Assembly: GCA_001938485.1 (NCBI GenBank)
Contig: MQRK01169664.1
Coordinates: 1-56,909, forward strand
Origin: Girardia tigrina
Taxonomy: Eukaryota
Length of the DNA: 56,909 bases
Direction: 5' to 3'
The notes below the pieces were generated by a model. That model saw nothing but the letters and a program-made list of their open reading frames with translations, was not told where the DNA came from and ran no database searches. Position numbers and translations under genes: made by a program. Positions within the stretch are counted from its first letter, which is position 1. Each line of letters opens with the position of its first letter. This document shows, piece by piece, positions 39,702 through 52,099 of this stretch.

Positions 39702-42320
39702 GTATTAAAACAATTTTATTTTTTCTCATGAATGGATAATTACAAAATAACAAACTGGCATTCTTTTTCCACCATTAATTAATTACTTATATATAGGGAT
39801 CGACGATGTATCGTTTAACGATGAGTCAATGCATCGAAAAACCTAATATCGAAAATTAATTAAGCTAATTAGCAAACTTGAATAATTAAAAGTCCACGGA
39901 ATAGGCAACCATTGTTTACCTTCGTGGTAAACTTCCGGCCAAGCAGGATGTTGCGGATTCGACCATCAAACGGTGCCGACGAGTTATTACCACGGTGTTT
40001 ATTCCGTGACTTCCTGGCAAATAAACATTTATATATTTAAATAAACGTTAAACATTTTGTAATTAATTTACGCCCACAATAATTTAAATCCCGTCGTGAG
40101 GGAAAGTAGAAAGTTAAAGCATAGCTAGGCAAAACTCTTGTTATAAAATAATCATATGTTTTACGCTGATTATTGTTAATTTTAGAAATATCTTATGGAA
40201 TATTTTTACCTCATTTGCTTCAAAGATGTATTATTTAATAATGTTGATTTAATAATAATGATTTTCCCCAGGTTGATGTTTAATTGCCTAGTTCTTTAAT
40301 TATAGTTGGGGTTCTCCTTTGTCTAATATAAAAGCTAGGAATCTTCTTCGATCTTGGTAAAGTGGTAAAATGATCATCAATTTATTGACTTCTCCCATAA
40401 TTTCTTTTATAAGTTGTATATTTAAGTCCGAATGAAGTTTTCTAAGGGAGCATGAGGATTCTTTCTGTCTGGTAACGTAAATTACTTTTACGTTCAATTC
40501 ATCGATAAATCATACGTATATTCCTATCGTTCGTTACTTAACGATAAACTTTTATTCAACGAATTTCACTTGTCTGGATAAATTTCGATTCCTGATCGTG
40601 TTGGAAGTCAATGTTTATAGAATTCTTATCTTGGTTGTATGATGGTGTTGTCATTAAGCTCACTAAGTTTATCTGGGTGTAACTATGAAAGAATAAAACG
40701 TGAGGTATAATGTTCTAAACCTAAAGTTTGTCATTAACTTCACCGAACTTATCTGAAACGAATACAAGAAACAAAATACACAGTATCTTAAAGCTATTGG
40801 AACTCGGGATGTGAAATGCCGATCGCGGGAGGTCGATAAAAGAGGAAGCCCATTTGCATTTCACACCAGTTTCGTTCGTTCTTCATTTATGAAAAACTGA
40901 AAAGTGTAAATAACTCTAAACTAAAAAACAAATTTCAAATGGCCAAACCAACGGGTCAAATCTGGTTGACAAATAAAATAAAAATAACAAAAGAAAACAA
41001 AATAAAAATCAATGTAAATAACTTTTGAAATAGATATTGAAATATCTAAATAAATAACTTTTTGAAGATGAATAAACAGGCATAAAATGTCTAAATGAAA
41101 TAGAAATCAATGAAAACGAAAAGAATTCGAGGTTTAGTTTGATGATGCTTAATAATCAAAAACATTGTAGATTGTCAGAGCATAATTATTATAACAAGTA
41201 ACGTTGACTGTAGATTGAAATCNNNNNNNNNNNNNNNNNNNNNNNNNNNNNNNNNNNNNNNNNNNNNNNNNNNNNNNNNNNNNNNNNNNNNNNNNNNNNN
41301 NNNNNNNNNNNNNNNNNNNNNNNNNNNNNNNNNNNNNNNNNNNNNNNNNNNNNNNNNNNNNNNNNNNNNNNNNNNNNNNNNNNNNNNNNNNNNNNNNNNN
41401 NNNNNNNNNNNNNNNNNNNNNNNNNNNNNNNNNNNNNNNNNNNNNNNNNNNNNNNNNNNNNNNNNNNNNNNNNNNNNNNNNNNNNNNNNNNNNNNNNNNN
41501 NNNNNNNNNNNNNNNNNNNNNNNNNNNNNNNNNNNNNNNNNNNNNNNNNNNNNNNNNNNNNNNNNNNNNNNNNNNNNNNNNNNNNNNNNNNNNNNNNNNN
41601 NNNNNNNNNNNNNNNNNNNNNNNNNNNNNNNNNNNNNNNNNNNNNNNNNNNNNNNNNNNNNNNNNNNNNNNNNNNNNNNNNNNNNNNNNNNNNNNNNNNN
41701 NNNNNNNNNNNNNNNNNNNNNNNNNNNNNNNNNNNNNNNNNNNNNNNNNNNNNNNNNNNNNNNNNNNNNNNNNNNNNNNNNNNNNNNNNNNNNNNNNNNN
41801 NNNNNNNNNNNNNNNNNNNNNNNNNNNNNNNNNNNNNNNNNNNNNNNNNNNNNNNNNNNNNNNNNNNNNNNNNNNNNNNNNNNNNNNNNNNNNNNNNNNN
41901 NNNNNNNNNNNNNNNNNNNNNNNNNNNNNNNNNNNNNNNNNNNNNNNNNNNNNNNNNNNNNNNNNNNNNNNNNNNNNNNNNNNNNNNNNNNNNNNNNNNN
42001 NNNNNNNNNNNNNNNNNNNNNNNNNNNNNNNNNNNNNNNNNNNNNNNNNNNNNNNNNNNNNNNNNNNNNNNNNNNNNNNNNNNNNNNNNNNNNNNNNNNN
42101 NNNNNNNNNNNNNNNNNNNNNNNNNNNNNNNNNNNNNNNNNNNNNNNNNNNNNNAAAATATGGCTCACATTAATATTTACATTGTTTTATATTTGAATTA
42201 CTTTTTATTTAAGATTTACTTTCAAAAGTTCTTTTTACCGTCACAAACATTAATTGTCAATATATTCATAATAAACTAATAATCATTTACATATTTTGGT
42301 ACTTTAATATATTTCTTTAG

Positions 42321-42432
42321 ACATAAAGATGTTATACCTTGGGACTCGGATATGGATTTTGGAATATCCAGTCAATATGAACAGCTTATTAGAAATATCA
42401 GTACCAAAAGAAAGGAAATGAGAGAAGATAAA
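42321..42432 (+). CDS. LicD copy B exon 2
   Basis: ctttag|A CAT... HKDVIPWDSDMDFG...REDK|gtattg; 371+112 nt = 161 codons. Confidence 0.93.
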
Positions 42433-42841
42433 GTATTGCTAGATACATTTTTTTAAAACATTTTTTAATAAATATTTATCTATGAAAGATGTTAGGTTCG
42501 ATTTCAAAAGCTGAAATAATAACATAAAAATTTTATTAATATAATACAATAACATATTTTGTGAACAAATTTTAGAGGACCAATTTTTCTTTTGCACAAA
42601 CCATTTATACATAAAGATAATTTGGCCGATGATTTAGCCAAAAACTTATAACTTACAAAGTTTTTATAACTACCAAATGTTAATATTCATTCACAAAATT
42701 ACAATTAGAATCGAACTTGGAAAGCCAAGCAGTGCTATCAAAACTCAATAAAATTAACGATGCTTGTCTGAAAATAAAATGTGTTAGTGTTTTCTGCCGG
42801 ATCTCTTGAAAAAAATATACATAAAATATATTTTTATAATA

Positions 42842-43918
42842 TTAGATTGGGGAAAAAGAAATACATTATTTTGGTGTGAAATTCAAAACTTTATTTAACA
42901 TGTTTCGGATTTTCTTCTTGGAGTCAAATATGCACGGGGTTAATCGCTTGGTGCCAGGTGCGGACTATATGGTGGATGCATTAAAACTTCCCAACCAAGC
43001 TCCCTGAGTTTCTGGCAAGTCACTACAGACGTATGTGGTCTGGCGTTGTCGTGATAGAACACAACACCTCTTTTGTTGGCCAATTCTGTTCGTTTCTCAT
43101 CAATTGCTATCTTCAAACGGTTCAGTTGTTGACAGTACAGATCTGAATTTAGTGTTTGGCCATACGGAAGCAACTCATAATATATGATTCCTTTCCAATC
43201 CCACCAAATACACAGTAGAACCTTCCTGGCCGTTAGTCCTGGTTTGGCGACTGTTTGAGGTGCTTCACTGTGCTTTGACCACAATCGTTTTCGTACAATA
43301 TTGTCGTATGTGATCCATTTCTCATCCCTAGTAACCATCCGTTTAAGAAATGGGTCGATTTCATATCGTTTGGCCAAGGCTTCGCAGATGGAAATTCGAT
43401 CCATCATGTTTTTTGGTGTTAATTGGTGTGGAACCCAAACATCAAGTTTCTTTTTGAATCCTGCTTTGCCCAAATGGTTTAAAACCGTTTTGTGGTCGAT
43501 GCTACTATTACTAACATACCGGTCAACTTCAATCATGGCCTAGATTTTATCGACATTTTCAAAGATAGGCCTGCCTGTGCGAGGTGCATCTTTAACATCA
43601 AAAATGCCTCCACGGAATCGACGAAACCAGAATTGCGTGTAATTAGCTGTTACAGTATTGGTACCATAAACGCAATTCACAATGACAGCCGCCTGGCTTG
43701 CATTTTCACCTTTATCGAATAAAAACTGTAAAATGTATCGAATTTTTTCTTTGTTGACTTCCATTTTTAACACCCTGTAACTCAGAACTGAATAAAAAAA
43801 GCAAAAAATTTTTTGTGAAATTACTGTGAAATGTTACCTTGACAAAGAGTATAAATTTGAAATTGTTTGATCGATAAATAATGAATTAAAATAATGGATT
43901 ACTTTTTCACCAGCCTAA
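42842..43918 (-). mobile_element. mariner (DD34D), internally deleted
   Basis: TIRs ttagattggggaaaaagaaatacattatttt / aaaataatggattactttttcaccagcctaa with TA flanks; MEVNKEKIRYIL, WVPHQL, HDNARPH, HPPYSPHLAPSD. Confidence 0.95.
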
Positions 43919-44239
43919 TATATAAATATACATAAAATCTATACATATACATAAGCATACATAATTATATTTTAGTAAGAATAATAAGAAAGAAATAACG
44001 CATAAAGTCTATAATGTTGTTTCAATAATAAAATTTTCATTTAGATTTTAATTTTAAATATTTTCAACCCTAAAATTTTTCAATGTTTTAATCTCTAAAG
44101 ACATTTTAAATATTTTGAAAATTGAAATTTGAAATTCTCCGCCACCCGAGAATGCGGCGGGGGCTCGTGTAGTGATATTGATGTTGATATTTTGTATTTG
44201 TTCTTCATTTGAGTTGGTTTCGTTGACTGCTGGACATTA

Positions 44240-44634
44240 ATATTCAGTTGAATTTTCAAGTATTGTTGAAGTAACTTTTTTATTGATTTTCCCCATTGAT
44301 AACCTTCAGTCCATTTTTGCAGTTCAATAGTTGTCATTGTCCAAATATTGGTCCAAAAACCGAGAAAAAGGCATTTTTCTCTGAATTTTCTTTTTATTAT
44401 AACCAGATTGTGCGATTCTAATGCATTGTTTTAAATTAAAATATGTTAATTAAAAAATTTAAAAATATGAACTTTATAAAATGATTATTTTAATTATGTT
44501 CGAATAGTCAATCACTTTAAATTTAAATAAATAAAATACCAATTTTCATCTGGGTGAGAAAATCACCATTCTAAATTCAACATACTTAAATCAACATTCA
44601 ACATCAATTCAAACAATTTAAAATATTCCTCACC
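44240..44634 (-). mobile_element. Dispersed TGT...ATA element, inverted copy
   Basis: catctgggtgagaaaatcacc...aatattcctcac; 3' boundary approximate. Confidence 0.7.
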
Positions 44635-44726
44635 GATTTATTGTCTTATTTATTTGTTTTAACGTATCACTGGTAATAAATAAAAACTTGAATATAATGA
44701 ACTCTCACAATGTAAGTAGATGTTGA

Positions 44727-45840
44727 CCCCCGGGGGGTTTGTGTCTAGAATGCCTATGTATGTTTTAGGTATACTAAAAGTTTTTGTATGTCTTAAGTAT
44801 ATTATAGGTTTATATTGTGTTTTATATATAATATTAAATGATTACATCTCATGGTAACGGTAACCAATGTACTTTTGGTGGTTGATCAGTCACTTTAGTT
44901 GATTATGTAGATGTTATGTATAATGTCTATATACGTTTAAAGTATAATAGGAGTTTTATACATATAGTTTTTACATATAATATAAAAGGTTATATATCTT
45001 GGTTATGGTAACCAAGATACTTATGATTGTTGATGGGTTACATTAGGCAATTCATGTGGTAAATAATATACATATAACATATTAGTTTCATATATATACG
45101 AAAAAAAATGATTTTTAAGCACTTTTTTGAGAATTTTAGAAATATTCGAAAAAATCGATATTTCAGCACATTTAGGAAAATGTTGATATGTAATCTGAAT
45201 GCTCGTATATAGTTTTCTATTCAATTGCATCAGCATGTTTTTGATATTCTGCTTCCTTATGCCTCTAAAATTGATGTACTTTTCGTGTAAATTTCCACAT
45301 TATATTAATTATAGGAAAAAGTAATCAATATATGAAAATTCTAATTGCACATTTAGATAAAATAACAAAATGTACATCAATCACATGATATCATTTTTTT
45401 ACTCTAGCACTTTTAAATTTTTTATGTTTTGATTTTTGAACTTTTCCACATGTGCAGCGTAGATAGCTCTGTGCTTGCACATTAAAATGTCTGGTAAAAT
45501 TTGCACTATCGATTGGCACTTTAAAAATATCGATTTGCACATTAGGCACTGTATAGCGATCGATTAGCACTTTTTTCTACGGTTACTAAGGAAATGGTTA
45601 CAGTTGCTAAGGAGACGGTTAAGGTTACCATGGTTACAACCCCCTTGATTTTTTGTTGCGTTTCCAAGGTAATCAGAACCATTGCTAAGGACCCAGTGGT
45701 CAATCAGAAGCGTTTTCAAGTAAACTAGAACCATTGCTATTGTAACCGTGACCGTTGCTGTGGAAATCGCGACCATTGTCATGGTAACCACGACCATTGC
45801 GATGGTAACTGTTTCCATTGTTAAGGTGACCCCCTGGGGG
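44727..45840. mobile_element. Non-autonomous CCC-ended TIR element (EnSpm/CACTA, CMC-like)
   Basis: TIR ccccc(g/a)gggggt (11/12 match), 2-bp GA flanking duplication, many subterminal ggttac/gtaacc/ccattg repeats. Confidence 0.7.
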
Positions 45841-45932
45841 GATCATTATCGATTGATGTCGAATGCTTATTTTTATCCTACTTATCCATTTTGATTCACA
45901 TTTAATAATCGTATCGAATTTCTTTCTTCTAA

Positions 45933-46430
45933 AGAATACATTATTAATGAAATCCGATTCCGATTTCTCCACCGTCAATTATTTGGATAAATTCATAAAT
46001 AGTCACTCCAAATCATTCGATTGGTACGGCGAATATATAGAATTGATCAATCTTTACACGAAATCCATCGAACCGCAATACCGAACTCCAAAATTGTTCT
46101 CGAATCTTCAGTATCAATACCAGCGCTGTGATTTTAATACAGCAACAATGAGATCACCGGATGGACGATCAGACAGACCCGAGCTAACCGGATGTGATGC
46201 TGACGGGCAAGATGGCGGCCCCTGTGATATTGTTCGAACACCATCATGCACGGGTAATCTATTAATATTATCGGGTCTTTTTTCTCATTTCACGTTTCAA
46301 GATCAATCTCCGGTGATCAGGTCGGCGCCTCTTAACAGCTTCAGATTCTGTATTGAATATAATATTAGAATGAATATCATTCAAGAACTTTAAGAATGGT
46401 TCTTTAATCGATGTCATCTTCATATCTCTT
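45933..46430 (+). pseudogene. METTL13: METTL13 (eEF1A-KNMT)-like N-terminal methyltransferase fragment, degenerate
   Basis: LLMKSDSDFSTVNYLDKF...KSFDWYGEYIEL resembles LLPKS..EF.S.DYW..FF...AFEWYG.Y.EL; the SAM-binding GCG motif is missing; 3' limit uncertain. Confidence 0.65.
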
Positions 46431-48289
46431 GTAAAGCTAATGATTTTATCACGGATTTTATAGAAATTTATTCTCAAAAGACTTTATAAAAATTGATGTC
46501 AATGTGTGTACTGAGGAAACCATCGTAACTTTGAATTTTCTGAATGTATCTATTAAGTTCATGGTTGGGTTTGTATAAAATATTTCAACTAAATATACAA
46601 ATATTTGTGAAAACAAAAATGGGGAAAACCATTTAATTTTAAAATGAATCCCACAAAACATTAAGAGAACGAAATACGGCCCTCATCAGGGCTACAAATG
46701 ATGGTTGTCGAATTACGATCCAGAAGTGGATATTTTTAGATATTTTCGAGTTCTAAATGCATCGCTCTAGTGAGTAAACAAGAAAATAAGAAAAGGTTTC
46801 TCTGTTCTCAGTGGTGTCAGCAACCTTTTATCGTCTCAAAAAGTTCAGCATAATCTACAGCTGCTTTTAAGAATGCTTAAAAAAACAAAAGTAACAGTGA
46901 TACTTTTCTTCGATAGTGATAGAATGTGATAGAACAATCGATCACATCATCTGGCAACTCGGTGTAATATTAGCAACAGTTACTATCATTGTCCCCGTCT
47001 CTCACAATCGATCGACTAACTCACAACAGACACTTCCAATCTCTTCTGTCAGTCGCCGATTTCCTTCGATCGATTCTCGGTGGCGATTCGCGAGCCAATC
47101 TACAATTTTCATTGATCTGACGATTGTCGTAAAAACACGAACAATAATTCTCGACGATTTTCTCGTTGTCGAGTTCAAATTTTATCGTAATCGTGAGTAA
47201 TTCAATTGTTTCATTAACGGAAGATTTTTCTAATTTAATTTGATTTGTGTAGAGATATTCGAGTAAATATTTGAAAATATTCAGCTACATTTATTGTAAC
47301 ACTAACGGACTTGTGAAGTCTTTGCGACTCATTTGATTGACAAGAATCGATTTGAATATTTCACAGCGCGCAGTTAAAATGCATTTGTGACCATAAAACA
47401 ATTTCCGCTCGGGACCGATTTCAAATTGCACATCACTCATCAATTGATTGTTTATTAACTTTTTCATTTAACACACGATAACTGTCGAACTACCTTTGAT
47501 TACCTTTTCAACCATTTCGTCAATTAAATTGTTTCAAATAGAAAATTGATTATAAAAAATTGGTTAATTTCAATCAAGAACAAATTTCGCGCGTTCAAAA
47601 CGTTTATTCAATTTATTTCACTTAATTCGACAAAACAAAACAAATTTTAAATAACAATTCTATTAAATTCGATTAAACCTATTCATACAATTTCTAATGT
47701 TTTTGAATTAATACAAATTTTTAAAATTTTATATAAAACATAAAAAATAGTTCAATTATATGAATAAAATATTTTAAATCAATTTGAACACAAAAAATTC
47801 TGACAAATTTACGAATCACAATTTCGCCATCACTAATCAAAACGACAGATTCATATCCAAATAATGAAACCGATTGAAAATAATATTACAAAATAGACTA
47901 CCAAATTAAAATGATCGATTTAACATTTATTTGTTGTAAATGATCAATAAACTTGATTGAGAATTTGAAATTGCGTTTGGAAAAATCACCGTTTTCGAAC
48001 TTTTCAACAATTAGACTTTTTTATAAGAAAAGTCAAAACATCGCAAAACACTTGCTTAGTTGGAAATCTACTCCACCATAATAGTTTCTTGAATGTTTAT
48101 TCTTTGAATAAAGAATCGCGCATGCTAACTTTTATACTGTATAATAATCGGCAATGTTAAATCAGTTGATTACCAAATTGAACAACTCGAACAGCTAATA
48201 CATCTCAGCACACCGCTAGGATCTAAAAAAGGATTTAGCTTTATCAAAATTGATTTTTTTGTGAATAACTTTTCTCTTTACTAGTATCT

Positions 48290-48470
48290 CAATGTCTGAA
48301 AATAATTTAAAAGGAAAGTTTTTTTGAATAATTGTTTGTTAACGATAAATAAAAAAATCTTATCAATTTAGCGAGATGTCAAATTACTAAAGCTTTGTGG
48401 AGAACTGTTCAAAAGACATTTCAAACTGATGAAAATAAATGCGTGAAAACTCATTGTGGTGTTCTTAATA
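48290..48470 (+). mobile_element. 3' half of dispersed TGT...ATA element
   Basis: Colinear with 20140-20312; ends ggtgttcttaata. Confidence 0.75.
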
Positions 48471-48619
48471 ATCATTATTTCTTAAGAGAAGTTTAGGTCC
48501 ATGAAACCAGAAGTCATTATTTTTTTTTATTTTTCTGCTTTAATTTCTCTTGATAACATGTCGGCAGGATTCTCTTTTCCATTTACAAAATTCCATTGTT
48601 CCGGATCTGTGTTGTTCTT

Positions 48620-49480
48620 GTTTTTTACTACTCTGTTTGCAACAAATGTTTTATTGTGCTTTCTGTATTGCTTTATTCAATGAAACGTATTCAATGACAT
48701 CACATAAAGATAAGTATTGCATTTTCAAAGTTTAGAGCTATATTTATTTTTAGCACTAATTTTACAGCTAAGCAGGCTCCCAGCAATTAAAGACGAGGAA
48801 TGCTGATCATATTTATTGGAGTCACTGAACTTTTTGAAATGGTGAGTGTAGCAAGATCTCCAAACTTTGTTCTCTCTCACAAAAGTAAAAGTAAAACTGT
48901 AAATCTATCAATCTCAATCTAGTTTCCTGTAAATTGTTGTAGGAACTATCAAGATTTACAATTGTTCAAGTATCTTTTTCTGTTTTCTGACCAGTTAAAT
49001 GTGTACAAGATGTTTTCAAAGATGTTCTGAGAATCTTCAAATTTAAAGTAAAATAAGTGACCATTTTGTAATTGAAATTGAAACCTCATTTTCAATATCC
49101 GAAATTCTGAGAACCAGAGATTATCTTATGAATGGAAACTTTCTCAAGATTAAAGTTCCAAGAAACTGAAAGGAGGAACATCTCTTCTACGAGCTCTCAA
49201 GCCAACATTTTTCTCGGTTAGATGTATTTTCATCAATATATAGTTTGCTGACAAAAATGAAAAGGGAATGAATAGTTTTAGGCTTATGCTATTCAAATTG
49301 CAAGAAGGAAAAGATATAAAATATATAAACGCATGACAGTTTCTCCAAACACTTAAATTTGGTGCAAATAGATGAGATTCATGAAATTTTCTTTTTAGAG
49401 CTCCAGCAACTTTTCAAACAATCCAGACTTATCTCAAAGCATTTATCCCAACATCAATTTGATGTGAAGCATAGATTAAA
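48620..49480 (+). mobile_element. Very degenerate hAT (SPIN/GTF2IRD2-like) transposase fragment
   Basis: LYCFIQ*N resembles HC.IH.E and downstream residues are weakly compatible; no intact frame. Confidence 0.35.
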
Positions 49481-49696
49481 CCTCACTGATATATTTCTTT
49501 AAGAAAAAAAGCAAGTTGACTCCGTATAACATTCTCTATCCAGTTTTCGAATAGAACAAGTGTGTCGATAAAACAAGACAATTATATTGAAATACCTTTT
49601 TTAATAACCTTAATAAAAATGGACTTGTTGAAATAACCAAATTTTATTACAGCACAAATTTTATATGTAATTCTTTATATTAATAAAATTTCCCAG

Positions 49697-50083
49697 GTTA
49701 ACCTCGTAACCAGACCAGCCCAGCACTGTCCATACAACGGTCCCCGCCTCAATTGTAAGGGAGAAAGTGTAACGTCTCAAGTTGATGATTGCGCATTCTG
49801 TGGACCTTTAGCTCGGCTGATCTATAAAACATATCGAATTGATATATTTATTTTTCATATCGATTATTTTGATGATGAACTTCAAGTTGGCATTGAAGGA
49901 ATATTCGATTACATGGACAAAATCCCCCGCCTTCCGGTGGATGCGTATTTCCCGTTAAGAAACTGTACTTTTATGGGTCTTAAATTGCAGTGCCCAAATA
50001 AAAAAGAAAAGGCTGTTACATTTTACTATAAATCGACTGATATGAAATATAAATGTGTGAATCAAAATTGGGTGAAAATATAA
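49697..50083 (+). CDS. LicD copy B exon 3 (terminal); spliced product 289 aa
   Basis: ttcccag|VNLVTRP...WVKI*; open and in phase 0 with exon 2; missed by the ORF track because it has no upstream start. Confidence 0.93.
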   Translation, partial: VNLVTRPAQHCPYNGPRLNCKGESVTSQVDDCAFCGPLARLIYKTYRIDIFIFHIDYFDDELQVGIEGIFDYMDKIPRLPVDAYFPLRNCTFMGLKLQCPNKKEKAVTFYYKSTDMKYKCVNQNWVKI

Positions 50084-50597
50084 TTTATTTCGTTTTTCTG
50101 AGTTTTACTTGGACAAGAAAATGGTGTAAGTTTGACATTCGAGAAGACATTGTCCCAATGCAAACGTTTAATTTAAGATTACCGAATTAAAAATTTTAAT
50201 ACCTAATAATAAGGATTATATTTTAATAAATATTTCATTGAAATATCAATGGAAAAAAATGTGTCATAATGTGGAGGGTTTTTTTCCAAGGATTAATATA
50301 TTTGCTTTCTTACTTCGTCCTAATTGAAATCCGATTTGTGTGGAAGGAAAGGGATGTTCTTAACAGATTTATTATATCCTTTTTAATAGTCAAGGACGGT
50401 TTTTTTTAAATTTAATGAACTTAAAATTAAATATTGAATTATTTGTTCTAAATAGAAAATGAAACAGATTTTATTGACAACCTTGAATAAAAGATTATAT
50501 TCTACATTTTAATGCCAGGATTTTCATAATTCCAACATTAGCAATCCTGATTTATTATTATGTTTTTTATATAAATTGAATAGAAGTTAAACATGTT

Positions 50598-50995
50598 TGT
50601 AAGGAATGTTTGGAATGTTTGATGTTGTTGTGTCTCTCCTACCCAGATGGCTGATTAATAATGTAATTCTTATTACCTGAAACTAATTTAATTGAATTTT
50701 ATTTTTAATTTAAAATGATTGTAAAGTTTTTAAATGATTTGATTAATTTATTTTAGATTTTTAAATAAATCAATCAAATTAAAAATTTTAAAATAATTTA
50801 TGTTCATTTCAATTTCATCCTATTAAATTCCTAATAAATATTTTAAAAGGACCTTTAAGTGTCAAATTGATTCAGATAATTGTATATATTAATCTATTTG
50901 AATGATGTATATGAATAAATTCTATATTATAGATTGTCAGGAGAATATTTTTAATTGTATTTAAAAAAACATAACCAATGTGTGAGTTCTTTTAA
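50598..50995 (+). mobile_element. Dispersed TGT...ATA family element, TSD not preserved
   Basis: tgtaaggaat start; core gtctctcctacccagatgg; end tgtgagttcttttaa. Confidence 0.8.
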
Positions 50996-51129
50996 CGTGA
51001 CGACTTCACATCAAGTCAGAAACATTTGATAGATCCCTGCTGAAGTTAGAGGAATTTCTTTTAATTTTTAACTGATATTCAATCAATATGCGCTTATCGA
51101 AAAAGAAGAAAATCTATGTGATAACACCA

Positions 51130-52065
51130 TACAACAAACCCGCTTTAAAGAACCCGAAATTGCGAAAAACCTGGTTCAGTCAAAAAATAATGTAGCCCCT
51201 GCTGAAATCTGGAACATTACATGCACATAAACACCCGCTTTAACGAACTCTATTTTAACGAAAACCCTGATTTAACGAACATTTACTTTACACTCTATCA
51301 AATAAAAACCTCGATTTAACGAAAATTCGCATGTCGTACACCCTGCTCTCTTTCATATTCTCATATTTTTACCTTTATATTATCACGTATTGAACATCGA
51401 TAGAAAATAATGTCTTTCTTTGCCTTGTATATTGACTGAATCAGACTGTTATTGTCTGTGAATTTGATTTAATTAAACAATTGTACATTGTTATACTTAG
51501 GAAAATTCTTAATATGTAAAATTAATTAAAAATCATAAATTAAAATTTAAAAGGCATTTGTTTTTCTGTATTATTTTTTTAATGATACGAATACAGCAGA
51601 CATAATTATTCACAAGCCTCTGGAGTGTAATCAAAGCGTTTTTACATCCTCCATCGGCAAGAAAATTGAATTGATTCGAGATGCTTATGATAATCCCTTG
51701 CAAAACGTGGGATTAGCAAGGAAGTAAGTCTTTTCTGTGAGCACTGTAACGACTATTCAAACAATGAAAGAAAAAATCAAAGAAGAGTGGCACACACTGC
51801 AGCAGATTCGACAAGAAAGCACTTAAAAGCGTCCAGCCTTCTAGAGAAAGCTCTAAATAAGGCTTACACAACAGCGCATCTTGACTGTACCGATTAGTAA
51901 ATTTTTACTGGCAGAAGAGGTACGGCAAATTGCACTGAAACTCGACATACAGTACTTTAAATTGAACAACAATTTGATCAACCGTTTAAAAATAAGACAT
52001 AGTATTATCTTTAAAGCTGTACAAGGAGATTCTGGAGTTACAGATAAATATGTAATCTATCACTG
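51130..52065 (+). mobile_element. pogo/Tigger 5' part (subterminal repeats, HTH_psq, CENP-B HTH)
   Basis: Repeated tttaacgaa motifs; VPISKFLLAEEVRQIALKL...RLKIRHSIIFKAVQGDSG. Confidence 0.8.
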
Positions 52066-52099
52066 AAGAACAAGTATTCAGCCCTCTCTATTTCAGTAC

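Noticed and set aside
41149-42279. Long ORFs in the track (also 9306-9619 and 23801-24414)
   Set aside because: They are read-throughs of N runs
44138-44175. GC hairpin followed by gtagt, a possible Helitron 3' end
   Set aside because: Terminus is GTAG rather than CTRR and no 5' end or second copy was found
45564-45978. Repetitive ORFs METVTIAMVVV... and NGNSYHRNG...
   Set aside because: Translations of the subterminal repeats of the CCC-ended element
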